Assembly (NCBI RefSeq): GCF_004010195.1
Contig: NC_057719.1
Coordinates: 28,005,072 to 28,062,362 of the forward strand
DNA: 57,291 bases
From: Chiloscyllium plagiosum
Taxonomy: Eukaryota
Direction: 5' to 3'
Shown here: piece after piece, positions 24,943 through 38,295 of the stretch
Layout of the letters: each line of letters opens with the position of its first letter
How positions within the stretch are numbered: position 1 is the first letter of the stretch
Notes under the pieces: generated by a model
Seen by the model: the letters and a program-made list of their open reading frames with translations, nothing else
Told to the model about the DNA's origin: nothing
Databases searched by the model: none
Position numbers and translations under genes: made by a program

Positions 24943-25196
24943 TATAAGTCAGATAGCCTTCCAGCACTCACTATAAATGCACAATGTGTGTAAGATAGTT
25001 CCTTGCACTCAGCTGTGATCTAGACATAAAAGAGTTGGAAGATTTACTTTTTTCTCCTGTGAATGGTTCAAGGCAGGAGTATTGTTAATGCCCCTTTAAA
25101 GAATCCTTTTGTTTTGTGGTTGGGAGCCAGCTGAAATATCTCCTTAAACATCTAGCACTGCATCGCTAATAATCTACTCTTTAACCTAATTTACCA

Positions 25197-26095
25197 GCTA
25201 AAGGCGTTCAACAAGATTCCCCATGGGAGACTGGTTAGCAAGGTTAGCTCACACGGAATAGGGGGAGAACCAGCTATTTGGATCCAGAACTGACTCAAAG
25301 ACAGAAGACAGAGGGTGGTGGTGGAGGGTTGTTTTTCAAACTGAAGGCCTGTGACCAGCGGTGTGCCACAAGAATCCCTGGTGCTGGGTCCACTGCTTTT
25401 CATCATTTATATAATTGATTTGGATGTGAACACGGGAGGTATAGTTAGTAAGTTTGCAGATGATACCAAAATTGGAGGTATAGTGGACAGTAAAGAAGGT
25501 TACTTGCCTCCAGTGCATGGAGTATAGGAGTCGTGAGGTCATGTTGAGGCGGTACAGGACATTGGTTGGGCTAATTTTGGTCTCCCTGCTATAAGAAAGA
25601 TGTTGTGAAACTTGAAAGAGTTCAGAAAAGATTTACAAGGATGTTTCCAGGATTGGAGGGTTTAAGCTACAGGGAGAAGCTGAATAGATTGGAGCTGTTT
25701 TCCCTGGAGCTTTGGAGGTTGAGGGGTGAACTTATAGGGGTTTACAACATCATGAGGCACATGGATAGGGTAAATCAACAGTCTTTTCCCTGGGTTGGGG
25801 AGTCAAAACTTGAGGACGTAGTTTTATAGTGAGAAGGGAAAGACTTAAATGGGATTTAAGGGACACCTTTCTCACACAGAGGGTGGTGCATGTATGGAAT
25901 GGGCTGCCAGAGGAAGTGGTGGAGGCTGGTACAATTACAACATTTAAAAGGCATCTAGATGGGTATATGAATAGGAAAGGATTACAGGGATATGGGCAAA
26001 CTGGATCTAGATTAATTTAGGATTACTTCTCGGCATGGACAAGTTGGACTGAAGAGTCTGTTTCCATGCTGTATATCCCTATGACTCCATGACTT
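25197..26095 (+). mobile_element. CR1 LINE 3' portion (RT to 3' UTR), internally deleted
   Basis: [49 protein letters not shown] motifs; (ATGACTCT)n tail. Confidence 0.92.
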
Positions 26096-26614
26096 TATCT
26101 CGCCCTGCTTTCATAATTGCCTATTTTTACATTTTACATATTGGTCTCAGACATACTCCTCTCTCTCTCTCCCTCTCAAGCTGAATATAAAATTTATTCA
26201 TATTATGATTCCCATTACTTAGGAGTGCCTTCACTATGGGGTCATTAATTAATTCTATCTTGTTACACAATGGCAGGTCTCTTATGCCTGTCTTTACTCT
26301 TTGACTAATCACATCTCATCATACTTGATCCTTTTCCCACAATAATTCAAGTAAAATCATCTCGAGTTCCCAAGTTAGGTGGCTCATGGCATTGTTCAGA
26401 GAAGAGCAGGGGCTTCACCTGGCGTCATGGTGAGCATTTAACCTTTAGCCGACATCTCTGAAAGCTGATTTTCTGGGCATTCGTTCCTATTTGTGGGTTT
26501 CTGCTGTGTATGCACTGGCTGCAGCAATTGTGGATCAAACAGCACTGACCATAACCTAGAATAGATACATTCCAGTGCAAAACAAAGAAAAATTCCAAAC
26601 AGGTTACATTGATG

Positions 26615-26778
26615 ATGCCTGAGGAATAAGAGACATTGTTGTGCCTTCTTGACCGTCACATCTACGTGGGAAGCCCAGGGCAGGCTGTCAGTTATTGTCA
26701 CTCGTAGGAACTTGATGCTCTCAACTCTGCTCCGTTGATGTAGATAGGGACGTATTCGCCTCCTTTCTTCCTGAAGTC
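26615..26778 (-). mobile_element. Rex1/Babar LINE fragment
   Basis: Reverse complement homologous to 27655-27815 (FLRVTITDSLPWASHVDVTVKKAQQCLLFLR). Confidence 0.75.
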
Positions 26779-26809
26779 TGCAGTTACTTTTAAAAAAATG
26801 TTAAAGATT

Positions 26810-28355
26810 GTACCAAACGGTCACCGCTGCAGATGTTCGATCGCTTTTCCTGAGAGTCAACCCAAGGAAAGCAATGTGCCCGGAGTCCCTGGCTGGGCAC
26901 TTAGATCCTGTACGGACCAACTGGTGGAGATATTCACTGACATCTTCAACCTCTCCCTCCTACAACCCAAAGTCCCCACCTGCTTCAAGAAGACCATCAT
27001 CATCCCAGTACCCAAGAAAGGACATAAAATGCAACTTAGTGATGACCGCCCAGTGGCTCACATCTCAATAATCATGAAGTGTTTCGAGAGGCTGGTCATG
27101 GCCCATGTCAACTCCTGTCTCCCAGCCAGCCTTGATCCCCTACAATTTGCCTACTGATGTAACAAGTCCACAGCAGATACCAGTTCCCTAGCCCTCCACT
27201 CATCCCTGGAACATCTAGACAACAAGGATACCTACATCAGACTCCTGCTCATTGAAGGTGGAGCTGTAGTCAACACCATTTTCCCCTGCAGAATGATCTC
27301 AAAACTCTGTGACCTTGGTCTTGGCTCCACCCACTGTAACTCGATCGTCAGCTTCCTGACCGTCAGACTCTAATCAGTGAAGATGGCCAACTACACGTCC
27401 TCCACAATAACACTCAACACTGGAGCCCCCAAAAATGGGTTCTCAGCCCCTTATTGTACTCTATGCACACACATGATTGTGTTGCCAAATTCCAAATGAA
27501 CGCCATCTACAAGTTCGCTTTTGACACAAACATAGTAGGGTGGATATCTAACAATGACAAGTCAAATTACAGGTGGGAGATAGAGAGCTTTGTGAGATGG
27601 TGCAATGAGAACAACCTCTCTCTCAATGTCGGCAAAACTAAAGAACTGATCATTGACTTCAGAAAGAAAGGATGACAACACGCTCCCAATTACATCAATG
27701 GAGCGGAGGTTCAGAGCATCAAGTTCCTATAAATGACAATAACCGACAGCCTGTCCTGGACTTCCCACATAGACGTGACAGTCACAAGGCACTCTTATTC
27801 CTCAGGCAGCTCAGGAAATTTGGCATTTCCATAAGGATCCTCACCAACATCTATTGATGCACCATTGAAAGCGTACTGTCTAGGTTCATAACAGCCTGGT
27901 ATGGCAATTGCTCTGCCCAGGACCATACAAAACTACAGAAGATGGTGTGTACAGCTCAGACCATCACAGAAGCCAACCTTCCATTCACGACTTCATTTAC
28001 TCAGTTTGCTGCTGCGGAAAGGCTGCCAACATCAAAGATCCATTGCACCCCGGTAAAGATCTCCTACAACCTCTTCAGTCAGGCAGAAGATACAGAAGCC
28101 TGAACACATCCACCAGCAGATTCAGAAACAGCTTCTTCCTGGCTGTTATTAGATTGATGGATGGACTCTCTCGCCTCAAATAATGCTGATCTTGCTAACT
28201 CTGATCTCACATAGCGCACACCCTGTGTAATGTAATCTGTATGCCTCTAAGTCTTTTTACAACCTTGGATCTGTACATCCTTGCTTACTATGATTTACCA
28301 TACTGCTCCTAATAAAGCTTTCCATTGTACTTCAGAACTCGTGACAATAAATGAA
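26810..28355 (+). mobile_element. Rex1/Babar-clade LINE RT remnant
   Basis: VTAADVRSLFLRVNPRKA, FTDIFNLSL, CFKKTIIIPVPKK, IIMKCFERLV, LDPLQFAY, KFAFDT, NNLSLNVGKTKELIIDFRK, RFRNSFF; frameshifted. Confidence 0.9.
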
Positions 28356-28477
28356 TCATTTGATCAAACATAAAGAAAAAGCAAATACTGTGCAATCTTT
28401 TCGCAAATAACCTGGGTAGTTCACTGGAAGTCAAATCCCACTATTCTCACAGTCACAAAACGTACAAAAGTTCAAGA

Positions 28478-29304
28478 TGTTATGATAAATTCCAGGGTTC
28501 TTAGAAAACATGGACCAGATTTTTTTGTACTTAACAAGAATTATTTTTTATTACATGTAATTAAACTCTAGCTATAGGTAAACAGTTCTAAAATGTCATC
28601 ATGTAACGCTAGAAAATAAAATCTAACCCTCTTATAAATGTTTCCTTACACATAAGCACATACATAGACACACACAGACTGACAAGTAGGCTATAGGGTG
28701 AGGAAAACTGGGAAGAATTTTAGTGATTCCTACTAAAAGGTTGCTGATATGGTCCTTATGTGACTTCTTATCAGCTTTCTCCAGACTCTTCCATGGGCAT
28801 GCAAGGGGCACATGGTGATTGATTTTCTTATAAATTAAGAGTCACAACTTACAACAATTGAAGGAATTAGTTAGCTTCAGATTTAAAGCGAGGTTTGACT
28901 ATAGAGAATAGAGAGACAGCTCCTGAGCTGGTGGAGATCAAATGACCTCTCTCCATTTCTTGTTCTCAGCCCCAAGCTGTTCAGTTCTCTCGATATCAAT
29001 CAGTTATTGGCAGGACAAAGGCTTATACCATCAATAACTGGTTACTCGTCCAAAGATCAAATCAACTTCTTCTTGCCACTGAGCCGTATCAATACTCAGA
29101 ATCCCTTGGTTCCAATTCACCTGCAACCACTTCAATTACTGCTTGTACAAAGAGAAGTTTACACAACGTATGCCATAAGTATTGGATTACTTGCTTTTCA
29201 AAAAAATACAGCAATCCTTTAAAACACTGGTTTTAAAACAGTAGTTCCCAATTTCAGTCTGCCACTTTAAAAAGCACAAAAATAAAAAGACCCTTTCTCG
29301 CACA
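28478..29304. mobile_element. Probable solo LTR (TGT...ACA, 4-bp TSD, Gypsy-like)
   Basis: AAGA at 28474-28477 and 29305-29308; TGT/ACA termini; flanks rejoin into a CR1-like reading (K.YKSS|IGAKFKDWTEY..RMTKRL..KLARNIKTDS). Confidence 0.6.
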
Positions 29305-30879
29305 AAGATAGGTGCCAAATTCAAAGATTGGACAGAATATTAAAAATCACCAAAGAATGACTAAAAGATTAATATTAAGGGAAACATTAGACTATTAGAG
29401 AAAGCTAGCTAGAAATATAAAAACAGATAGTGATAGTTTCTATTGATATTTTAAGAAGTGATCACATGGGAAGGAGACAGATCTGGAAGATAGAATATAC
29501 AAACATGGGTAAAGCATATATCTTCCTACCACAATAGATAAAGCACAACTAGAGAAGAGGAAAGAAGCATGCAATGAACAACAGAGTCAATGACTATAAA
29601 TAAGAAATATTTTGAATAATTCGAAGGAAACATGTCCCCACTAAACACCACGCAAAGTTCAATCAATCATTTCCTAAAGTGTCCATCAAAGTTCTGTGCA
29701 TTGAAAAAGGTTTGTCATCCAAAACATGCAGATATTTGGTTGTCTAACATTATGTCTCTCTTAAACATAACCCCAACAATCAACCCCTTGTTATGAGCAG
29801 GACCAGCACTGATTCGCTGTTTAGGTCTTCATCGCCATCCAGGTGTTCGCACTAATCAGTGAAATCTGGCTCCAAGTAATGATCAATACATGCAATAGAA
29901 CAGTCTACATAGAATAGTGGAAACAAAAAAAAGTTCGATTCATTTATGAAAAGGTTGAATGCTACAACTGGGAGGAGATTTGGGAAAGGAAAAGAATTTA
30001 ACTTTCCTTTGGCCAAATAATGTGATGCAATGATGATGTACAACAACAATGAGCTAGTGATGTGGAGAAGTAGCAGGCACCAACATCTCAGGGCAAGTTC
30101 CATTGATACCATCCACGGACATTGGCGTCTGACATGTACCAGCCCCATTCCACCCTTCTGGCACATCTCTGATCCATTTGGAGACAATATCAACATTTCA
30201 ATGCTGCACCAGCAGCGTTCACTGCAATGCTGTTGCCAGGACGCAAAGTGCAAGGCTGAGCATCCATCTCATGGATTGGACCAAGATGCCTCTCAGGAAT
30301 CTTCAGTTGCTCTTTTAGTGTTCTCTCACTCTGAGCTTACGTTGATGTGCACACCATCTTTGTTTTACCTTGCCTTGCCTTTTTGTGCTTCCCCCCGCAG
30401 CTAGACCAGCTTGCCTTGCCTTTTAGCATGATCACAAAGACAGGCGGTTTGTCAGGGCTGTCAGCATAGGGCTATGTCCATCTTATCCTGCACCATGTGC
30501 CAGCTGTGTGCATATCAAATGCATTGGATGTACTTCAGCAAGTGGCCAAGTCTCAATGTCCAAAGGGAGCAGTTCTCTACTAAGAGAGAGACCTGGAATG
30601 AGACTAAGGGAAGGAATGAGTGAGATGAGAGTAGCTGGTACATCTGCTAGTGCTAATTCAGGTGGGGGAAGATGGTGAATTGCCTTGAGCAAGTGATCAG
30701 GAGCTGCTGAAGCCATGTATGACTAGTGGTGTGTGTGGGTGGATTGGATTGGGTTTGGATTTGGGTTCGGGTTAGAACGAGTGAGGGAAGATGTTGCATG
30801 CAAAAGTGAGGATGGTGAAGCATGAGCCTTGGAGCAAGATGGGGGCAGTAGCAGAGATAGAGTGTGACCGAGCTGACAG

Positions 30880-31130
30880 AGGATGGTGACTCCCATCCTG
30901 CTGGAGCAGAGAAGGTTATTCACTTTCTTGCTACACTACTACGTAGTCCTCTGGACCATTGAAACCATACAGAGTCGGGTGCCTACCTCAGACAAGGCTG
31001 GCAGGTCTGGTGTTGTGGCCTCGTCTTCTGGTTCTGGGACAGAGAGGTGGCTCCCCTCTACAGTATTCCACCTACCTGAAATTTCAGCTGCACGTTTGGG
31101 AACGGTGCACCAATGTTCACTTCTCAGCTG
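30880..31130 (-). mobile_element. Degenerate Harbinger-type Myb/SANT-like gene relic
   Basis: LPALSEVGTRLCMVSMVQRTT**C, then frameshift to CKKVNNLLCSSR, matching the W..VA..VSAVS..R..QQCRKKxNDL motif. Confidence 0.6.
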
Positions 31131-31845
31131 TGCCCAGGATGAATGTTCACAAATAGGCAGGGCAGCTTCAGACTGGCAGAGTTTGACTGGCTGCAGGAAC
31201 TCTGGCATCTTCTCAGCACTGTTGAATATTCCCGCCTACAGCAAGTGGGGGAGTAGTGGGGAAGCTGCGTGATCTGGGGCATGGTACCTTATTTTGGATG
31301 TTAGCTTGAAAGAAAACTCACCAGGGTTTGAAAAGTGAGACAGTCCATGCAACTCAACAAGAAAGACAATGCATTTCTGGTAAGATTCAGACCACAATGT
31401 CTCAACTGTAATTGACCTTTCTTTCCAAGTCATCTCAAGAACATGACACTTGTTTATCTGTCAGTTTGCCCTTACCTGTTCAGAACTATAATTCCTGTAA
31501 AATACGCAAATAAAACAAATTGTGCAATTATTGTGCTATTGTTGAGTCACTCTCTTTATGCGATATAGATGTTCACTTCTTCGAAAAGCCCTACAATTAT
31601 TATTGCAACTCTTTTCTCTACTTTTCAAAATCTAAAACAAATACTGAATTGAACACAATCATTCGGTGTGTGGCAACTAAACTTTGAGATATGGGTACAG
31701 TCAATCATCGAATGTTTGATATCAAAAGTTTAATTTATTCTGAAAAAATAAGTCATTATATCTTTGAAATATGTGCATTTTACTTTATTTCACTAATCTT
31801 TCAAAATAACTTTTTTGCTGGAATGTAAGAGGTTGAGCAGTAATG

Positions 31846-32218
31846 TTATAGAGATTTCTAAAGTCATGATGGGTATAGATAAGGGTATAGTTAGCAACTG
31901 TCCTTTCCCTCGGTTGGTGAATTTCAAGACGAGGGGACATATTTTTAACGTGGAAAGGGAAACACCTTAAAAAGACATGAGGGGTGTTTGTTTTTTAAAA
32001 AGAGTGTGGTTCGTGTGCGTAATGAACTGCCAGAGGAAGTGGTAGATGCAGGTACAGTTACAACATTTAAAAGATGTTTAGATAAGTACCAATAACAAAT
32101 GTATGGAGGGGTATGGGCCAAGTGCAGGCAGGTGGGATTAATTTAGTTTGGGATTATGGCAGGTATGGACTGGTTGGACCAAAGGGTCTGTTTCCATATT
32201 ATATGACTCCATAACTCC
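31846..32218 (+). mobile_element. CR1 LINE 3' fragment
   Basis: IEISKVMMGIDK..NELPEEVVDAGTVTTFKR; ATGACTCCATAACTCC tail. Confidence 0.85.
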
Positions 32219-32569
32219 AGTCTCTTTCATTCAGTTTTCTTTAGTACATTCTTATAAGATTCTTTTCAGTTATGAGCTGTGCATTGATCATCAACCAATG
32301 TGTTTTTTTCCCTGTCAATAAGGTTAGTAAATGGAAATTTTTTCTCCACATCCTTCTTGTGCGAGCTGGAGTCTTTGATATGACTGACCACACCACTCTC
32401 TGCAGCACTTCTTCTCTCCATTCTTATTGGATGGAATACCACTTGCCTGGTTTTTTCCTTCTCTCTCTAATCACAGCCACCATATCACTTTTTAAAAAAT
32501 ATTATTCCCCTTGTGATGTGGGCATCATTGGCTGCTGCCCATCCCTACTTTCCCCTGAGCTAGCTCTTA

Positions 32570-33995
32570 TAGAGTCATAAAGAAATGAAACAGACCCTTC
32601 AGTACAACTTGTCCATGCTGACCAATTCTCCCAAAATAAACTAGTCCTACTTGCCTGCGGTTGACCCACATCTCTGTAAACCTTTCCTGTCCATGTACCT
32701 GTTCAAATGTCTTTTAAATGTTGTAACTGTACCTGCATCTATCACTTCCTCTGGCAGTTCATTCCACTTATGAACCACATTCCGTGTGAAACAATTGTCC
32801 CTCAGATCTCTTTTAAATCTTTCTCCTCTCACCCTAAAATTATGTCCCTCAGTTTTGGGATCCCCTACCCTCAGGAAAAGGCCTTTGCTATTCACCTTAT
32901 CTTTGGCCTTCATGATTTTATAAACCTCTATAAGGTCACCCTTCAACCTCCTAAGCTGCAGTGAAAAATGACCTAGCCTATCTCTGTAACTCAAACCTTC
33001 TAGTCCCGGTAACATTCTTATAAATCTTTTCTGAATCCTCTCCAATTTAATAATATACTTCCTATAGCCGGGCAACCAGAACTGGACACAGACTCCAAAA
33101 GTGGCTTCACCAATGTCCTGATATGCCAACATGATATAGAGTCATAGAGATGTACAGCACGGAAACAGACCTTTCGGTCCAACCTGTCCATGCCGACCAG
33201 ATATCCCAACCCAATCTAGTCCCACCTGCCAGCATCTGGCCCATATCCTCCAAACCCTTCCTATTCATATACTCATTCAAATGCCTTTTAAATGTTGCAA
33301 CTGTAGCAGCCTCCACCACTTCCTCTGGCAGCTCATTCCATACACATACCACCCTCTGCGTGAAAAAGTTGCCCCTTAGGTCTCTTTTATATCTTTCCCC
33401 TCTCACCATAAACCTACACCCTCAACTTCTGGACTCCCAACCCCAGGGAAAAGACTTTGTCTATTTACCCTATCCATGCCCCTCATAATTTTGTAAACCT
33501 CTATAAGGTCACCCAATAGCCTCTGACACTCCAGGGAAAACAGCCCCAGCCTGTTCAGCCTCTCCCTATAGCTCAAATCCTCCAACCCTGGCAACATCCT
33601 TGTAAATCTTTTCTGAACTCTTTCAAGTTTACAACATCTCCCAACAGTGGCCTAACCAATGACCTGTACAGCTGCAACACGACCTCCCAACTCCTGTACT
33701 CAATACTCTGACCAACTCCTTCACTCAGTGTTCTGAACAAAGAAGTCAAGAGTGCCAAATGTCTTCTTTACCACTTCACTTGAGACTCAACTATGTTTCT
33801 GAGCCCTTAGATCTCTGTTCTACAACACTCCCGAGGACCCCACCACTAACGGTGTAAGTTCTGTTTCTTGTTTGTCTTTCCAAAATGCAACACCTCACAT
33901 TTCTCTAAATAAAACTCCATCTTGCCACTCCTCGGCCCATTGGCCCAAATGATAAAGATGCCTTTGTAATCTTAGATAACCTTCTTCATTGTCTA
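32570..33995 (-). mobile_element. CR1 3' fragment containing a nested younger CR1 copy (~33135-33712)
   Basis: Two successive RT C-terminus + 3' UTR units (ORFs 33132-32647 and 33597-33107); second tail GAGTCATAGAG at ~33137. Confidence 0.88.
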
Positions 33996-34029
33996 CTTTT
34001 CAAACAATTACAGTCCATTTGGTCTAAGT

Positions 34030-34860
34030 AGACGCACAATTCTATAGGGGAGGAAGTTCCAGGATTTTGACCCAGTGACTCTGAAGCAATGGTTAGACAT
34101 TTCCAAGTCAGGATGGTGAGCAGCTTAGAAGGGAACTTGCAGGTTGTAGTTCCTATGTATCTGCTGCCCTTGTCCTTCTAGATGATTGTAGTGGTGAGTT
34201 TGAAAGGTGCTGCCCAAGGATCTTTGGTGACTTGCTGCTATGCATCTAGTAGGTGCCAAACATTACCACTACTGAGTGTCGGTGGTGCAGGGAGTGAATA
34301 TTTATGGATATGATGGCAATCAAGAAGCCTGCTGTATCATGGTTTGCGTCAAGCTTTTTGAGTGTAGCTTGAGCTGCACTCATCGAGGGAAGTGGAAAGT
34401 ATTCCATTACACTCCTGACTTGAGCCTTGCAAATGGTGGATAGGTGTTGAGTCGTCTGAGGGGGTGTTACCCATTGCAGGACTTTTAGCTGCTAACTTTG
34501 CCATTGTCGCCATATTTTCTATGGCTAGTCCAGAATAGTTTCTGGGCAATAGCAACCCTCAGGATGTGGAAAGTGGGAGATTCAGGGATGACGATGCCAT
34601 TGAATGTCAAAGAGTGTTAGTTAGATTCTCCCTTGTTGGAAATGGCCATTGCCTGGCACTTGACTGGCATGAATGTTACTTGTCACTTGTCAGCTCAAAC
34701 CTGGGTATTTTCCAGTTCTTGCTGCATTTGGACATGGACTGCTTCTGTATCTGAGCAGTCAGAAATGGTGCTGAACCTTGTGCAAACTTCAGTGAAAACC
34801 CCATCTTCTGAATTTATGATGGAGGGAAGTTCAGTGATGAACAAGCTGAAGATGATTAGG
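34030..34860 (-). mobile_element. Old LINE (CR1/L2 group) 3' remnant
   Basis: Minus-strand RT-like ITELPSIINSEDGVFTEVCTRFSTI..MQQELENTQ; homologous to 54310-54950. Confidence 0.65.
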
Positions 34861-34889
34861 TTATCTTGCTGCAGTGACACCTTCCTGTT

Positions 34890-35580
34890 TATTCTGATGC
34901 TCTCCAAGAATTGATCCTTCCTCCCCTCTTATTTCTCATAAGCATATTGTCCCTTTGCAACATCTCCTGAATGCACATAGTTTGCCATGTATGCTGATGT
35001 CATGAAGCTCAAACTCACCATCACTTCTCTCAACTCCCCCACTGTTGTTAACTTATCCAATTGTTTATTTGACATCCACTATGGGATGATCAGACATTTC
35101 CTCCAGTCAATTATGAAGCAGAATGAAGGCATTGTTTTCCCTCTTTGCTTCAAACTCTGCTCTCTAGCTACCAACAACATGCATCTCCCTGGCAACTGTG
35201 TGAGAGGCAACTAGACCATTTATAATCTTAGGGGCAAATTTGAACCTTGCCATCGCTAAGAGCACCAATTTGTATTGAATAACATCGCGCAACTATGCCC
35301 ACATCAGCTTATCTGCTGCTGAAATGTTCACATTCTGGCCACAAACCTCTGGGATATCCTACATGTGGCCTTTGTGCACCCTGATTTATTTTCACCACCA
35401 CTGCGAGTTAGCCTTCAGTGGTTGAGGCTTTATCTTCTGGAATATCCTATCTAACCCTGTACCTCATTTTTCCTTTGAGAAGTTTCCCAAAGCATACCTC
35501 CATATTTTATTTTGTATTGCTCCTTTGAAGTTCCTTGGGATGTTTGATTACACTAAAGATGCAATAAAAATATAGACTGT
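34890..35580 (+). mobile_element. Old L2-like LINE remnant
   Basis: MYADV..L.LT..SLNSPTV..LSNCLFDI..M..FLQ (decayed YADD region); L2-like 3' end CACTAAAGATGCAATAAAAATATAGACTGTT. Confidence 0.6.
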
Positions 35581-35663
35581 TATCACCATTATTGTTGGCT
35601 TTTTAATCTGCCTTCCCATTGAAATTAAAAAGTGTTCAATTATTATGATTGAGGAAAATAGCT

Positions 35664-35669
35664 TTTATT
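35664..35669 (-). promoter_or_regulatory. Candidate polyadenylation signal (AATAAA) of the PKC gene
   Basis: AATAAA on minus strand ~1.2 kb after the stop codon, at the end of a repeat-free AT-rich tract; an alternative AATAAA lies at 36218-36213. Confidence 0.45.
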
Positions 35670-36850
35670 CCAACTGTCTCTCTTGGATAACTTTATACAT
35701 GGCAACAGCTTTTCAGTCAAGAATGTAGTCATCGTAAAGAGTGCAAGTGCTGTTTACACTCTGGAGCTGTGCTATAAGGAATATGTCTTGGTCATAGGCA
35801 ATCTACACAAAATAATTTTAAAAAATGTATCTAATATATTGGGAAAAGCTGGTCAATTGTGAGTGAGAGACACAAACAATTGACTGAAGGGAAACTTACT
35901 CACTTTGGTTCCACTGAATTCAGGTTTACTTTAAGCACAAAGCTGCATTTTAAAAAAATCTGGTCAACTTTAATTAGACACAATACTGTACAATTGAACA
36001 GGACAACAGTAATATGCCATTGATGATGCTGGATAATCAAGCACAGGCAGAAACTCTCCTTCTACCTATCCCCATGCATGAGTTTACAAAACTCTACACA
36101 TCAGTTTATCATTGCTCATGCCATCACATCTCCTGTATTGTGCACTTCCAAAAAAACAAGGCAATTCTAATCTTAGAGGTTATCTTAATACAAAATAAGC
36201 ATTTTTGTAACATTTATTTTCCAATTGCTATAACTTACAAGCACAAGAAAGGTTCCACTTTCCATTCCGTATCTATGTGTCTCCATAACGCACCCAAATT
36301 TTAAAATGGCTACTTCAAGCAGACAACAAAGTACATGGTATAATGACATGCAAGCTATTCTATCCCACATTAACAAATACATGGGTCCCTGAAAACAGAT
36401 TGCCACTGAAAAGAGTCAATTACCATTTATGAAAGTGTAGAATTGCTTTCTTGTAACAAATTTAAGTTTTTACTTATCAGTACGCAGCTCATTAAATATC
36501 TAAATGGCTGAGTTTAAAAGACATGCACAATTCAATAATGATTCACTGCAACAATACTTATTTGTAAACGATGGATAAAAATGTGTTCTGGCATTCAGAA
36601 TGATGGAAAGATAATGGACAACAACACAAAGCCACTTACTGTCACAAAGTTACACAACACCAAAATTCAATATAAATAGCATGCCAGTTCTCTTTCAGCA
36701 ACTGTAAATGATGATTATGCCTGAATAAACTTCTCTGTCCTCACATTGGAGTAACTGTTCAACTTGCTTGTGGTGAAGTCTGTTGTGCCAGGACTTGTCA
36801 GAGTTCTGAAATTGTCTTCTCACCAATAGATTGAGATTCATATTTCAAAC

Positions 36851-36991
36851 TCAAACTTCTTCAGCAACAAATGAGAATCCCTTAAATTCATCCTGATTGA
36901 TCATCCGGATCAGGGATTCATCAATCGGTGTCAGTACAGGCTTTTCTGTGGTGAAGTCTCGATCAAAGTTATTTACATCCCTGTTTGTTTT
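36851..36991 (-). CDS. PRKCE: Protein kinase C epsilon-like (novel PKC, epsilon/eta subfamily), last coding exon
   Basis: Acceptor TTGTTTCTCTTTTCTGTCAG; phase 0; [49 protein letters not shown]-kinase C-tail with NFD, turn motif (PVLTP) and hydrophobic motif (FKGFSF). Symbol is provisional because orthology is uncertain. Confidence 0.92.
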   Translation of the reverse strand, partial: KTNRDVNNFDRDFTTEKPVLTPIDESLIRMINQDEFKGFSFVAEEV

Positions 36992-38295
36992 CTGACAGAA
37001 AAGAGAAACAAGATACATTGTTGTCAGCTGAGCATACCTATCGTTAACCAAGCAAAATATTCAACTTTAAGCTTCACTCTTCTCTGGCTGTACGTTCAAC
37101 AAATGTTTTGTTTGCGATTGAAAGTTGAATTTTTATTCACAGAGCTGAGAAAATTCCAAGAACTGGTTAATTCTAATCTCTGAATTTTTATTTACACAAT
37201 GAGACTTTCTTAAAAGTTATTTGATGTGAGAGAGCTTACACTCTCCATTTCATATCTATATTTCTCCATGTTACATTGAAGCTTTAAACTGACAATATCA
37301 AGCTGTCAACTCAACTGGAGAGTTCTTAACAGGAGTTGCACCCACTGCTGCAGAAACAACATGGAGGTAATCGCACAAGTGCTGCTGGATGAAGAGGTGA
37401 TTTGTTACAAAGGCCCACGTTGATGCTTTGGCACTTAGTTCCAGCTGTAAAAGCTAAATAATAAGACGAAAAACAGACATCTAAGCCCTCACCCGTCACA
37501 TACCCACGCACTCCCCATGCTAACTCTTGATCCCATCCACTTCTCCATGACTTCATAATCTCCACGCTAACCGATACCTCACTACCCACCTTCCATTGTC
37601 CCTTCTAACCTCCATGCCAACCAATACCCCTGCTACAATCCCTAATGTCCTCCATGCAAATCTATGCTGCTGTACACACCGTCATGCTCCTCATATTTGC
37701 TGAGACAGCACCCCAGTAACCCCTCATGCCCTTTATAAAACTAGCCCCAACCTGGTGCCCTTAAAAATAGACATCATTATCATTAAATGTTGAGAAAGAG
37801 TGGAAACTCAAGGTCTTAAGACTACTAACTCTCATAGCTCTAAAGTTTTGAAACAAAACCGTTTCAGCCAGCATTCACCATGGACAGACCTCAGGAGCCT
37901 TGGTGAGACAACATAAAGTAAAGTTTTAAGACGTCTATTGATGACTTTGATGTTTTTTTTACAAAAAAATCATTCTCATTGATAACCTACTCAATTCATT
38001 TCACTCATGTGATTGATTCTTTAAAATTACAGATTTGGGACTATGAATACAAAACATTTATAACCACTTAAGGCTGTCGGTCAAAGTGTGGACTTACAGT
38101 CCCGGTCCCCCACCGAACTCTGATAATGATAATCTGCACAATCTAACAGGCAGCAATCATCCTAGAATGTTAACCGTCAAGATCATGGCTGCAGACAGCT
38201 ATCAAAATTGCATTTGTTGATTGTTTTCAACCAAAGTTTGGTTTTCTTTAAAAACATTTAAAGAGCTTATGGATTTAAAGTGCTTTGATAACTTG

